From: Negativicutes bacterium
GTDB taxonomy: Bacteria; Bacillota; Negativicutes; UBA1444
NCBI GenBank assembly: GCA_963665275.2
Contig: CAXXIN010000013.1
Coordinates: 160,001 to 224,000, forward strand
Length of the DNA: 64,000 nucleotides
Direction: 5' to 3'
Under the pieces are notes generated by a model. The model made no database searches. It saw only the letters and a list, made by a program, of their open reading frames with translations, and had not been told where the DNA came from. Shown piece by piece: positions 50,274 to 58,227 of this stretch; position 1 is the first letter of the stretch, and each line of letters opens with the position of its first letter. A program made the position numbers and the translations under genes.

Positions 50274-50328
50274 GTCGTCTCATCTCCTCGTAATTTTTCG
50301 CAGCCCGGGAGCGCTTATTTTTCAGCCG

Positions 50329-50595
50329 TCAAGCGAATTTGCGATCGATTTTCAAGCCCATATATTTCCGTGCCCGTCTGGTGTTTTCCAACCCTGGCTT
50401 ATCGCCGGACCAGCAACCGATTACTTCCAGCTTCAGGCCACTTGCGCGCCTTGCTTCCCCGAGGGAAAACTCATACCCTTCCCTTTCTTCAAAAGCACGT
50501 CGGGCGTAAGGATCTCTGCACTCATTGTAGGCTTTGGCAAACCCTTTATCCGTATTTAGTCTCTCGAAAAATAACTGGGCGGATTCCAGTCCCAT
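50329..50595 (-). CDS. Nif11-like leader domain protein
   Basis: M..ESAQLFFERLNTD..F.......RRAF...EGYEFS..E; RBS gaggagg. Confidence 0.7.
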   Translation of the reverse strand: MGLESAQLFFERLNTDKGFAKAYNECRDPYARRAFEEREGYEFSLGEARRASGLKLEVIGCWSGDKPGLENTRRARKYMGLKIDRKFA

Positions 50596-50608
50596 TTGTA
50601 CCCCTCCT

Positions 50609-50935
50609 CTATTGCCTGTTCCGTGGAGTCGGAATCGTCATCACTTCATCCCGCGCAAGCCCGTTATTAATTTTGCGCTGCTGAAAAACAGCGGCGATTA
50701 CCTTTTCACTGCTATCGCGGACAGTATGAAGGGTAAAATCGGCAAGCAGGCTGGGCAAAGCTTCTTCAGATGAGACTCTGCTGATATTGCCTACAGCATG
50801 TCCATCACGTTTTTCCACAATTTTGAGAGCCAAAGCGCCAATCACCATCACTTCGCGGGGACTGTGCCCTACCACTTCCTGCAGTTCCGGAATGGTTCTG
50901 ACTATAAACACTTTCCCATCCTCCATACACCCCAT
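50609..50935 (-). CDS. Hypothetical protein
   Basis: ORF lies between a promoter-like region and the Nif11 gene, 13 bp from it; start uncertain. Confidence 0.55.
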   Translation of the reverse strand: MGCMEDGKVFIVRTIPELQEVVGHSPREVMVIGALALKIVEKRDGHAVGNISRVSSEEALPSLLADFTLHTVRDSSEKVIAAVFQQRKINNGLARDEVMTIPTPRNRQ

Positions 50936-50970
50936 TATCGGATTCGAAATGTTGTCTTTTTCTCACTATC

Positions 50971-51013
50971 AGTTTACATTGCCGTTTTCAAATTGTTGTT
51001 ATGGAAATGTTAA
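50971..51013 (-). promoter_or_regulatory. PhoP/OmpR-type direct-repeat box with -10 element
   Basis: TTAACA-N5-ATAACA-N5-TTGAAA (11-bp period), then TAAACT. Confidence 0.5.
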
Positions 51014-51101
51014 GTTGTGATGAATTCGGCATAAATATTCGGTGCAACAATGGCTGCAGACCAGGATCAACCTGTCTCCAATTGGAGGCTCCCGTGTGTT
51101 T

Positions 51102-52289
51102 TCACAAAGCGGCTCCGCATTTTTCGTGATATAGCGAAATCAACGTATCCAAAATAATTGTCTGCTGTGCTTCCAGCAGGAAAAACCACCAGGCGTGCGT
51201 CGCATCGCAAATTTCAAAATCAAAGCCAAATTCGGTAGAAATAGCCGGAACGTGGGCAATCGGGAAAAACATCTCGGCGTCTTGACCATCGATCACACCG
51301 GAAAATGTCAGTCCGGCCTGCTGCAGCACCAGTTCACCGCGCCCGCAGCGCCGGTATCCGCCGCGATACTTATCAGCAACGCGTAGTTCACTGACCGTCG
51401 CGCGAAAATCCGCCTGTCCCCGTTGAATTCGCTCAGATTGCTGCGCGCGCTGCCACGCATTCCACTGCACCGGATCGGGAAAGGCAATACAATTCTCGTC
51501 TTGCGGCTCCAGCTTCCCGTACTCATTTTGATGGGCCGAATTTTGACAGGCTATACAAAACAGTCTGTTTTTTTTACTTTGCATAACTCGTTGCGCCAAA
51601 CAACGAGGACAATGGTGCAAAATCTTATGCAACCCCTCCGTTGACGGCGGTGAAATCAGTTTGGCGCCGGCGTTGTTCAGCCAGCGATAGTCGTTATAAG
51701 ATAGTTTCTGTTTGATCCAGTCATGGATTTCCTGCTCACTGCAGGTTTGAAGCTCTGCCTGTGTAAATAACCGGTGCACTGAAACCTCCACTCTCGCCGA
51801 TCGCCATTTTTTCGCCCAGCGCGGCCACAAAAAATAGCCTCCGTCGATGTTCACTACTACAACCTCTACTTGCGCCTTCTGCAAGAACCGGGCAAGGGAA
51901 ACCGACAAATCGCACGACCTGCCATCAACCGAGCGGCGGCCTTCGGGGAAAATTCCGACAACGCCGCCCTGTGCCAGGACGTTCAGCGCCCCGCGCAATG
52001 CCCGCAAGTCCGGTGAAAATTGTATTTTGGGAATGACGCCCCACTTACGCAAAATATAACCGATCAGCGGCAAACGAAAATAATAGTTTGAAGTCATAAA
52101 GCGGCAAACATCGTTACCAATGGCGACTTGCACCAGCGCCGGATCAAAATTCGAGGTATGATTGGCGAGCACGATATAGGGCGGTTTTATGCCGCTCATG
52201 GCGCAACGGTCCATATGAATATGTCGCCTGCCCCGGTCGATCCAAAACACAATCAGCCGCGCCGCCCAAATCTGAAGTGCAGCTTTCAA
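51102..52289 (-). CDS. Lysophospholipid/lyso-ornithine-lipid O-acyltransferase (PlsC/OlsA-like) with C-terminal CxxC extension
   Basis: ANHTSNFD (HX4D), FPEGRRS, CPRC..CIAC; 4-bp overlap with the olsB-like gene. Confidence 0.85.
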   Translation of the reverse strand: MKAALQIWAARLIVFWIDRGRRHIHMDRCAMSGIKPPYIVLANHTSNFDPALVQVAIGNDVCRFMTSNYYFRLPLIGYILRKWGVIPKIQFSPDLRALRGALNVLAQGGVVGIFPEGRRSVDGRSCDLSVSLARFLQKAQVEVVVVNIDGGYFLWPRWAKKWRSARVEVSVHRLFTQAELQTCSEQEIHDWIKQKLSYNDYRWLNNAGAKLISPPSTEGLHKILHHCPRCLAQRVMQSKKNRLFCIACQNSAHQNEYGKLEPQDENCIAFPDPVQWNAWQRAQQSERIQRGQADFRATVSELRVADKYRGGYRRCGRGELVLQQAGLTFSGVIDGQDAEMFFPIAHVPAISTEFGFDFEICDATHAWWFFLLEAQQTIILDTLISLYHEKCGAAL

Positions 52290-53059
52290 GCCGAATGTTT
52301 TCCCAACAGGACCCAGGAAGGAAATTGATGGGCATCGAAAATCGTGAAGTAGTCAAACACAGGCGGGTCAAAATCAACGTCCACACTGGGTTCGCCGACA
52401 AATTTCGCTCCATATTTATAGTAAGCCAACATCATGGTCGACATCTTCTTGAGGACATGACGTTGACTAATTTCGCTAATAGCAGTCGCGGCAAATTCCT
52501 CCGGCTGCAAATCGCTCCTTTTTTTCGGTTGAATGCCGAAGTTGCTGTAAATCGCATTATTCCCCCGCAGATAGGCGGATATTTCGGGCAAGCTCGCCCG
52601 AGCTTCCGTCGGCAGTGTGGTAAGCCCAATCAAATAGTCGTGCGGCATCAGCCGCAGATATTCGCCTACCCCCGCAAAAAGCAACCGAAACACGACCGTG
52701 TTCCGGTAAGCAGCATCGATGCAGGCCCGCCCCAGTTCCAGGACCCGGCTGCGATTCTCACTTAATTGACCGATATCAAACCATTGTTCGGAATAAAACC
52801 CGCTACCAACCGGCAACCGTCCGCCTGGCAAAAAACGCAATGTCGCCACGCAGCAATTCCAGTTTTCATCACGGACAAGCAAATGCTCGCACAGTTCATC
52901 GTAAGCATCAGATTCGCCGGCATCCGCCTGAAATTCCCCGTTGTTCCCGGAATAATTCAGTTCATCGCAAAAGACACGATGCCGCAGGCAGAAGGTCTGT
53001 TGTTTATCGGCAGGGCTTTGCGCCAGTTTCAAGCTGTACTTTCCTTCGCGAATTTCCAT
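52286..53059 (-). CDS. olsB: OlsB-like GNAT N-acyltransferase (ornithine lipid)
   Basis: LRHRVF..EL, D.YD..C.HLLV, GFYSEQWFD, LELGRACID..YR, Y...GA...GEP..D.DF. Confidence 0.78.
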   Translation of the reverse strand: MEIREGKYSLKLAQSPADKQQTFCLRHRVFCDELNYSGNNGEFQADAGESDAYDELCEHLLVRDENWNCCVATLRFLPGGRLPVGSGFYSEQWFDIGQLSENRSRVLELGRACIDAAYRNTVVFRLLFAGVGEYLRLMPHDYLIGLTTLPTEARASLPEISAYLRGNNAIYSNFGIQPKKRSDLQPEEFAATAISEISQRHVLKKMSTMMLAYYKYGAKFVGEPSVDVDFDPPVFDYFTIFDAHQFPSWVLLGKHSA

Positions 53060-53106
53060 CCGTTCATCTTCTCCTTCCCTATATTCCTTACGCTCTATTG
53101 ATGTTT

Positions 53107-53595
53107 TTATGCAGAAATCGCCCTTTGACCAGGCAACGCCAAATGGTAGAGCAGTTTGTCAAAAAATGCGCCTTGTGAATGCTCAATTTTCCGTCGCGCC
53201 TCCGGTAGCGGGAAAAAGGCCAACCGATCAAACTCCGGAAACTCTTGCATAACTCCTGACCTCGCCGGCCACTCCATGCTAAAAAGGTTACTGCTAAGCA
53301 GTGACACGTCGCAGTTACCGGCAAAAGCCCAGATATGAATGTGTTTTTTCCCTATCGTGACATGCCCCAGCGATAGCAGATCGCACACCGGGGACCCCAG
53401 CCCTGTTTCTTCCGCAAACTCGCGCATCGCCGTTTCCAAGAGCGACTCATCTGATTCCGTCTGCCCTTTCGGGATGCTCCAAACCCCTTCGTCACGCTTA
53501 GCATAATACGGACCGCCTGGGTGTCCCAGCAAAACTTCCGGTACGCCTTGATTGATTTTGTACATCAATAACCCTGCGCTGATTACCGGTTTCAT
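53107..53595 (-). CDS. NUDIX hydrolase (COG4119-like)
   Basis: HPGGPY, WSIPKG..REFAEETG, FPEFDR. Confidence 0.88.
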   Translation of the reverse strand: MKPVISAGLLMYKINQGVPEVLLGHPGGPYYAKRDEGVWSIPKGQTESDESLLETAMREFAEETGLGSPVCDLLSLGHVTIGKKHIHIWAFAGNCDVSLLSSNLFSMEWPARSGVMQEFPEFDRLAFFPLPEARRKIEHSQGAFFDKLLYHLALPGQRAISA

Positions 53596-53651
53596 CCGCC
53601 ACCTCCCTCTACGCGAATAGACTTATCGCCATTATGGCTTCCTTAGCTTTA

Positions 53652-53761
53652 ACTATGCCACAAACAAATTCGCCTTGTGTTAACACGAGATAAAAATTAC
53701 GTAAAATGTAACTTGTTCTTTTCATTTCTTTAACATTCACAGTGGCCGCAAACTGTATGAT
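53652..53761. promoter_or_regulatory. Back-to-back PhoP-like promoters
   Basis: Minus strand: TTTACG-N5-TTTATC-N5-TTAACA-N20-CATAGT. Plus strand: TTTTCA-N5-TTAACA-N20-TATGAT. Confidence 0.5.
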
Positions 53762-53836
53762 AGGCCCTGTTGTTTCACTGGAAAGCACCCGTCTACCTGA
53801 TGCTGTTTTTTCCCTATGAGGTAAAGCCGTTGCCCA

Positions 53837-53892
53837 TGGACTAGAAAAGCAGAACCGCCGATCTCAATCGGCGGTTCTGCTTTTCTAGTCCA
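53837..53892. terminator. Perfect 26-bp inverted repeat, probable bidirectional terminator
   Basis: tggactagaaaagcagaaccgccgat-ctca-atcggcggttctgcttttctagtcca. Confidence 0.85.
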
Positions 53893-53894
53893 AT

Positions 53895-54032
53895 CTATTC
53901 TTTGGCAGCTTCTTCTACCAGATACTTTTTAAGCGCCATGTTGATAATTCTTGTTTTTTCGCCTTTGCCACCCTTGTCCGCGTATTTTTTGATGGCTTTT
54001 ACTAGATCCTGCGTTTTTTTATTTGTTCGCAA
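53895..54032 (-). CDS. Small ribbon-helix-helix-like protein or remnant (45 aa)
   Basis: Below the ORF-track cutoff: (M)RTNKKTQDLVKAIKKYADKGGKGEKTRIINMALKKYLVEEAAKE; TTG start with weak RBS. Confidence 0.4.
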   Translation of the reverse strand: MRTNKKTQDLVKAIKKYADKGGKGEKTRIINMALKKYLVEEAAKE

Positions 54033-54089
54033 CTTTTGATCTGATTCCGAATCATCTCAACCGGTTTTACAGGCAAAAATCGCACAGTT

Positions 54090-55610
54090 TCACTTTATCA
54101 TTTCAGCGCCAAGATCTTTGGCCAAAGACAATCGCCGCAGTTGCGGCGACTTCTTATGTTGATGGCCGCCCATCCGTGACAGGATGTCATCCAATAAGGT
54201 TATGGCTTGCAGCAGATAGGGGCCCTGGTTCAGCATCACGCACTCCGCCCGTTCCGACATGGCTGCGTCCGTTATCTCGGCCCGAGAAGGCGTCCCGTAC
54301 TTCACGAGATTCTCGAGCACCTGCGTCGCCCAGATCACCGGCACATGGGCGGCTTCGCTGATCCAGAGAATCTCTTCCTGCAGTTCGGCCAGTCGCTCAT
54401 ACCCCACTTCCATCGCCAGATCGCCACGGGCGATCATGAGCGCGATCGGATGCCGGGAGGCAGCCCGGACGATGATTTCCGGCAGATTCTCGACCGCGTC
54501 GAATGTCTCAATTTTCGCCATGATCGGCAAACGGCGCCGGGTATTCCCTGTGCGTCGGGCCAGTTCTTCCTGCAGCGCCGAGATATCTTCGGCGGACCTG
54601 ACAAACGAAACCCCCACTGCATCGGCGGCTGTGACAATGAAATCCAGATCCTGCCGGTCCTTGTCTGTAATCGCAGGCATCGTCGTTCGACCGGAATGCA
54701 GATGCAGCCCCTTACCGCTCTTTAACTTCACCGGTTTCATCTTCGCGGTTGCGAGTACTTTCAGCAGGACACCTGTCATGAAGAGCGCCTCGACCCTGCA
54801 GGTGATCTTCCCGTCGTCGATATGGACCGAGTCACCCACTTGCAACGACTCCAAGGCTTCCGGCCAGTTGCAGTTGATCGTAGCGACCGCCCCTTCGCGA
54901 GCCTCCGGCTCGCCGTCCGTAAGAACGATCAAGCTTCCAGTCTCGACTTTGGGATTTTCACCGGATAGTCTCACCTGATCGATCCGGATCTTGGGACCGG
55001 CGAGTTCCATGAAAACTTTGCATGGCAGGCCGAGTTCCTGCTCCGCCTGCCGGACGTTGGCCAGCATGGCGCCCCATATCTCCCTGTCTTCATGGGCGCA
55101 GTTGATCCTAGCGATATTCATGCCGTTGAACATCAGCTGCCGGACCAGCGGATAATCCGTCGCACATTGAGCAGAAAGCGTCACCATGATCCTGACCTTG
55201 CGGTCAGGCGGCTTGGGACCAAATATCAGGTTCGTCTGACGGTTGAGACTCCATTCTCCCTTGTAAAACTTTTCCGGCCGGGGATGCCGGATCCCCACTT
55301 CAGCCCGACGCCCCACAATGCAACTCAATGAAGCGATGACTGCGTCCAGATTGGCGATAGCCCCGGCTTCGCTGCGGCCCAGGGAAGAAAGGCCGAGCGG
55401 TTTGAGCGCCCGTTGCAGTTCACGCAGGTCGCGTCGCCGCAACGCAAGATAAAAAGCCAGATTCAGAGCGCTGGGAATGAAAGACAGCCGCTCAATGCCG
55501 GGATACCATCCGCGGAATCTCGCCAACCCTTCCGTGTAAACAGTCTCCCGTAGCTCTAGCAGAGCTGCCAATAACAGTTCCGGATTGTGCGCAAATGGCT
55601 TGTCGTTCAC
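54090..55610 (-). CDS. Atypical pyruvate kinase (N-terminal helical extension, no C-terminal allosteric domain)
   Basis: RIMVT, ARINCAH, LAGPKIR, IDDG, AKIET, MIARGDL, ATQVLE, PSRAEITD, ECVMLN; GTG 55610 after ggaggg. Confidence 0.88.
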   Translation of the reverse strand: MNDKPFAHNPELLLAALLELRETVYTEGLARFRGWYPGIERLSFIPSALNLAFYLALRRRDLRELQRALKPLGLSSLGRSEAGAIANLDAVIASLSCIVGRRAEVGIRHPRPEKFYKGEWSLNRQTNLIFGPKPPDRKVRIMVTLSAQCATDYPLVRQLMFNGMNIARINCAHEDREIWGAMLANVRQAEQELGLPCKVFMELAGPKIRIDQVRLSGENPKVETGSLIVLTDGEPEAREGAVATINCNWPEALESLQVGDSVHIDDGKITCRVEALFMTGVLLKVLATAKMKPVKLKSGKGLHLHSGRTTMPAITDKDRQDLDFIVTAADAVGVSFVRSAEDISALQEELARRTGNTRRRLPIMAKIETFDAVENLPEIIVRAASRHPIALMIARGDLAMEVGYERLAELQEEILWISEAAHVPVIWATQVLENLVKYGTPSRAEITDAAMSERAECVMLNQGPYLLQAITLLDDILSRMGGHQHKKSPQLRRLSLAKDLGAEMIK

Positions 55611-55626
55611 GTTATCCCTCCGCACC

Positions 55627-57150
55627 TTACTCTTTGAGCCATCGTTTCAAGGCTTGGTAAAACTCCTCCCGCTCGTCTTCAAATCGTTGCCGGGCATCGT
55701 AACCGCGCCGGGCTTGCCACCCCGCCAGAGCACCGATTTCTCGGGCGAGCTCCGTATTCTGATTTTCCTTAACCATTTTTGGGATTACACTGCTGCCCTG
55801 GATGGTATCCTGGATTTCTCCCAAACACTCCTGCAACTGTTTTAGTTTCCCGGCCAGTCGCACACTCTTGCGAGATCCCCCGCACTGGACCTGCCGTTCC
55901 AGTATGTAACGCGCCTTCTTGCCACGGATTCGAATCGCATGCATCGCGCTTGCATCCGAAATATCGACTTCTTCTGCCAGCTTCCCGAACTTCTTCATCC
56001 AGCTGCCCAGACGCCGTACCGAATAATCCCGCCATTCGGTATTGAGCATCCCGATATGCGTTACTTTTCCGACGCCCCAGGCCCAAAACGCCAGCAGTTC
56101 CGCCGTCATTTTCCCGCTTTCGACATCTTTATAAAAAGGCTCCGACACTTTTTTTCTTTGCGACTGTAAATATTGCGACAAGAGGACGTGGCTGCTTTCG
56201 ATCCCCAAGTACACCGTCGCCGCGTTCCACTCGGCCTGCAGCATGTCCAATTCCCGAATCCCGGCCATGCGCCGACTCCAGGTTCGCAGAACCTCTTTCC
56301 AGTTCTCCCCCTCAGTCTTCGAATATAGGGGCGCTGCGAAAGAAAGACGAGATCGTAATTTCCGCAGGGCAATACGCAAATCGTGCACTTTTTCTGGACT
56401 GTCAGGGTTTGAATAATAGGCTGCCAGAGCGTTAAACATAATTCCCACTGCTTCGGCGAGAAATGTTTCCACCGATGATGGCCAGATATTGTCGGCTGCG
56501 CCTTTGTGCACGGGCGTCAGTTCCGCCAGACGCAAGCCCCGCCGATATTTGCTTTTCGCCTCCGGCATCACGGGAAAACAGCTTGACAATTCCGCCCCGA
56601 ACGCCAACAAATCGTATGGAGTTCCTTCCTCAAGCCCGATTTCCGCTTCGAACAGTTCCTCCACTTTGTCTCCGGCACTGATGCGGCCTTTGTCCAGCGT
56701 CAAGCGCAACCGCCAGTCGTCCGCCGGGGAATACACACGGGCGCTCCACCGGGTGAACTCCATCTTGAACAAGGGAATCAGTCTGGGTTGATCCCCCTGC
56801 AGAATTTTTTTGATCTTTTCAGCGCCCGGCATCCGGTCAAACACTTCCAGGCCAACTTCGGCGCCCCGCTGGGACGTCTTCCACTCCCGCCGTTGGTGAT
56901 ACTCGCCGCCGCGCCCCGTTCTCGCCAAGGTGGCGGTCCCTTCGTTTTCTTCCATGCGGATGCAGAAAATGTAACCCGCCTTCCACAATGTTCGACTCGG
57001 CGTGTCATAATAGGTCGTCTCCAGTGTTTGTTGCGACCTTTCCGACCCCTCCACCAGCAAGCCTCGCAGCCAGGCCGACTGGGGCAGGGCCTCCCATATA
57101 GACCGGTCCAGCAACCGCAAATTCAGGTCTGTTGCCAATGTTCTGCTCAT
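55627..57150 (-). CDS. CYTH plus CHAD domain protein (polyphosphate-associated)
   Basis: TYYDTP, RREW, LDKG, EAEI, SKYRRG; VHDLRIALRKLRS, HAIRIRGKKARY, LQECLG.IQD. Confidence 0.88.
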   Translation of the reverse strand: MSRTLATDLNLRLLDRSIWEALPQSAWLRGLLVEGSERSQQTLETTYYDTPSRTLWKAGYIFCIRMEENEGTATLARTGRGGEYHQRREWKTSQRGAEVGLEVFDRMPGAEKIKKILQGDQPRLIPLFKMEFTRWSARVYSPADDWRLRLTLDKGRISAGDKVEELFEAEIGLEEGTPYDLLAFGAELSSCFPVMPEAKSKYRRGLRLAELTPVHKGAADNIWPSSVETFLAEAVGIMFNALAAYYSNPDSPEKVHDLRIALRKLRSRLSFAAPLYSKTEGENWKEVLRTWSRRMAGIRELDMLQAEWNAATVYLGIESSHVLLSQYLQSQRKKVSEPFYKDVESGKMTAELLAFWAWGVGKVTHIGMLNTEWRDYSVRRLGSWMKKFGKLAEEVDISDASAMHAIRIRGKKARYILERQVQCGGSRKSVRLAGKLKQLQECLGEIQDTIQGSSVIPKMVKENQNTELAREIGALAGWQARRGYDARQRFEDEREEFYQALKRWLKE

Positions 57151-57222
57151 CGTTCCCTCCGCGCCGTTAGCCGATTCCTTCGGCAATATTGGCTAATAAA
57201 CCACGGCTGCCAACCCCGTCGC

Positions 57223-58047
57223 CTAATGCATTTGCCACAGACTCAAAAAAATCTCCACCAGAATGAGGATGATGATTCCCCATTCCAATAGAGTCGCGCG
57301 CCGGGCATGTACCATCCCGCTGAACACTTCTGCGATACCCATGAGCGTGTCGGATTTATGCCGAATCACATCGAAACGCGACTTGAGTTCATAAAGCTGA
57401 TACATCCGTGAAAAAATCCAAGCCGCCTGTTCATCTTCCCAGGTGATATCCGGTTCGTCCAGTAGCTGAAGGGACGAAACCGATTTCAGCTTGTGATCCA
57501 GAATGCGGCCGAACAAACTGGACAACGTTGCGTCCGACGAGGACAACCTTCCCTGTTTCAACTGTTCAATCGTTATTTCCATTTCATCCAGCAGCTCATC
57601 TACCTGACTTTCGATGGCTTCAAAAGCGATGGATTTGGCCAAGACAGTGGTGACGATTTCCTCGTGAACCGAGGGCGGCGTTGTCAGATGAACCGCATCG
57701 TTGGTCACTTTCAGACTTGCCGCTTCCCATTCGATCTGGTAATCTTCCTGAAAAAGCTTTTTCAGGCCCGTCGACGCCGGAAACCCATGCACGTGGAGGG
57801 ATTCTAGGAACAACGGGATTTCTCCTGGCGCAAAATCGACGAATACGATACACCCGAAATGAAAAAGGTACACCCTCTGTTCCGCAGCATGACCGGGAAA
57901 CAGGCGCCCTAAATATTCATCTTTTAATAGCAGCGGTTCCTCCCACTTGGGTTTCTTTTTGCTGCCGACCGCTTGGGCAATGCGCAATACCGGCAGCTCA
58001 TGGTGAGCTACCACCGCCTGGAGCCTGGTAATGGACAAGAGTATCAC
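57223..58047 (-). CDS. RMD1/DUF155 family protein
   Basis: YLFHFGCIVF, VLAKS.A.E, LLDEPDITWE, ELKSRF, LEWGIIILILVEI. Confidence 0.85.
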   Translation of the reverse strand: MILLSITRLQAVVAHHELPVLRIAQAVGSKKKPKWEEPLLLKDEYLGRLFPGHAAEQRVYLFHFGCIVFVDFAPGEIPLFLESLHVHGFPASTGLKKLFQEDYQIEWEAASLKVTNDAVHLTTPPSVHEEIVTTVLAKSIAFEAIESQVDELLDEMEITIEQLKQGRLSSSDATLSSLFGRILDHKLKSVSSLQLLDEPDITWEDEQAAWIFSRMYQLYELKSRFDVIRHKSDTLMGIAEVFSGMVHARRATLLEWGIIILILVEIFLSLWQMH

Positions 58048-58227
58048 CCCAACTTCCTATATTTATCATGCTATCATCAATATGCACAGCATCATGATAC
58101 CGTTTGGATGAAATTCGTCGGGGCATACGCCACCAGATCCAGCCCGACAGTCCCATGGATATGCGCAAGATCTCATCGATATGAAGCCAGTTGGTCGAAG
58201 TATCCTTTCAACCTGTTTATTCTACCA

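Noticed and set aside
58048-58227. Pho box upstream of the RMD1-CHAD-PK operon
   Set aside because: No 11-bp-period TTAACA-like repeats matching the geometry of the other three promoters
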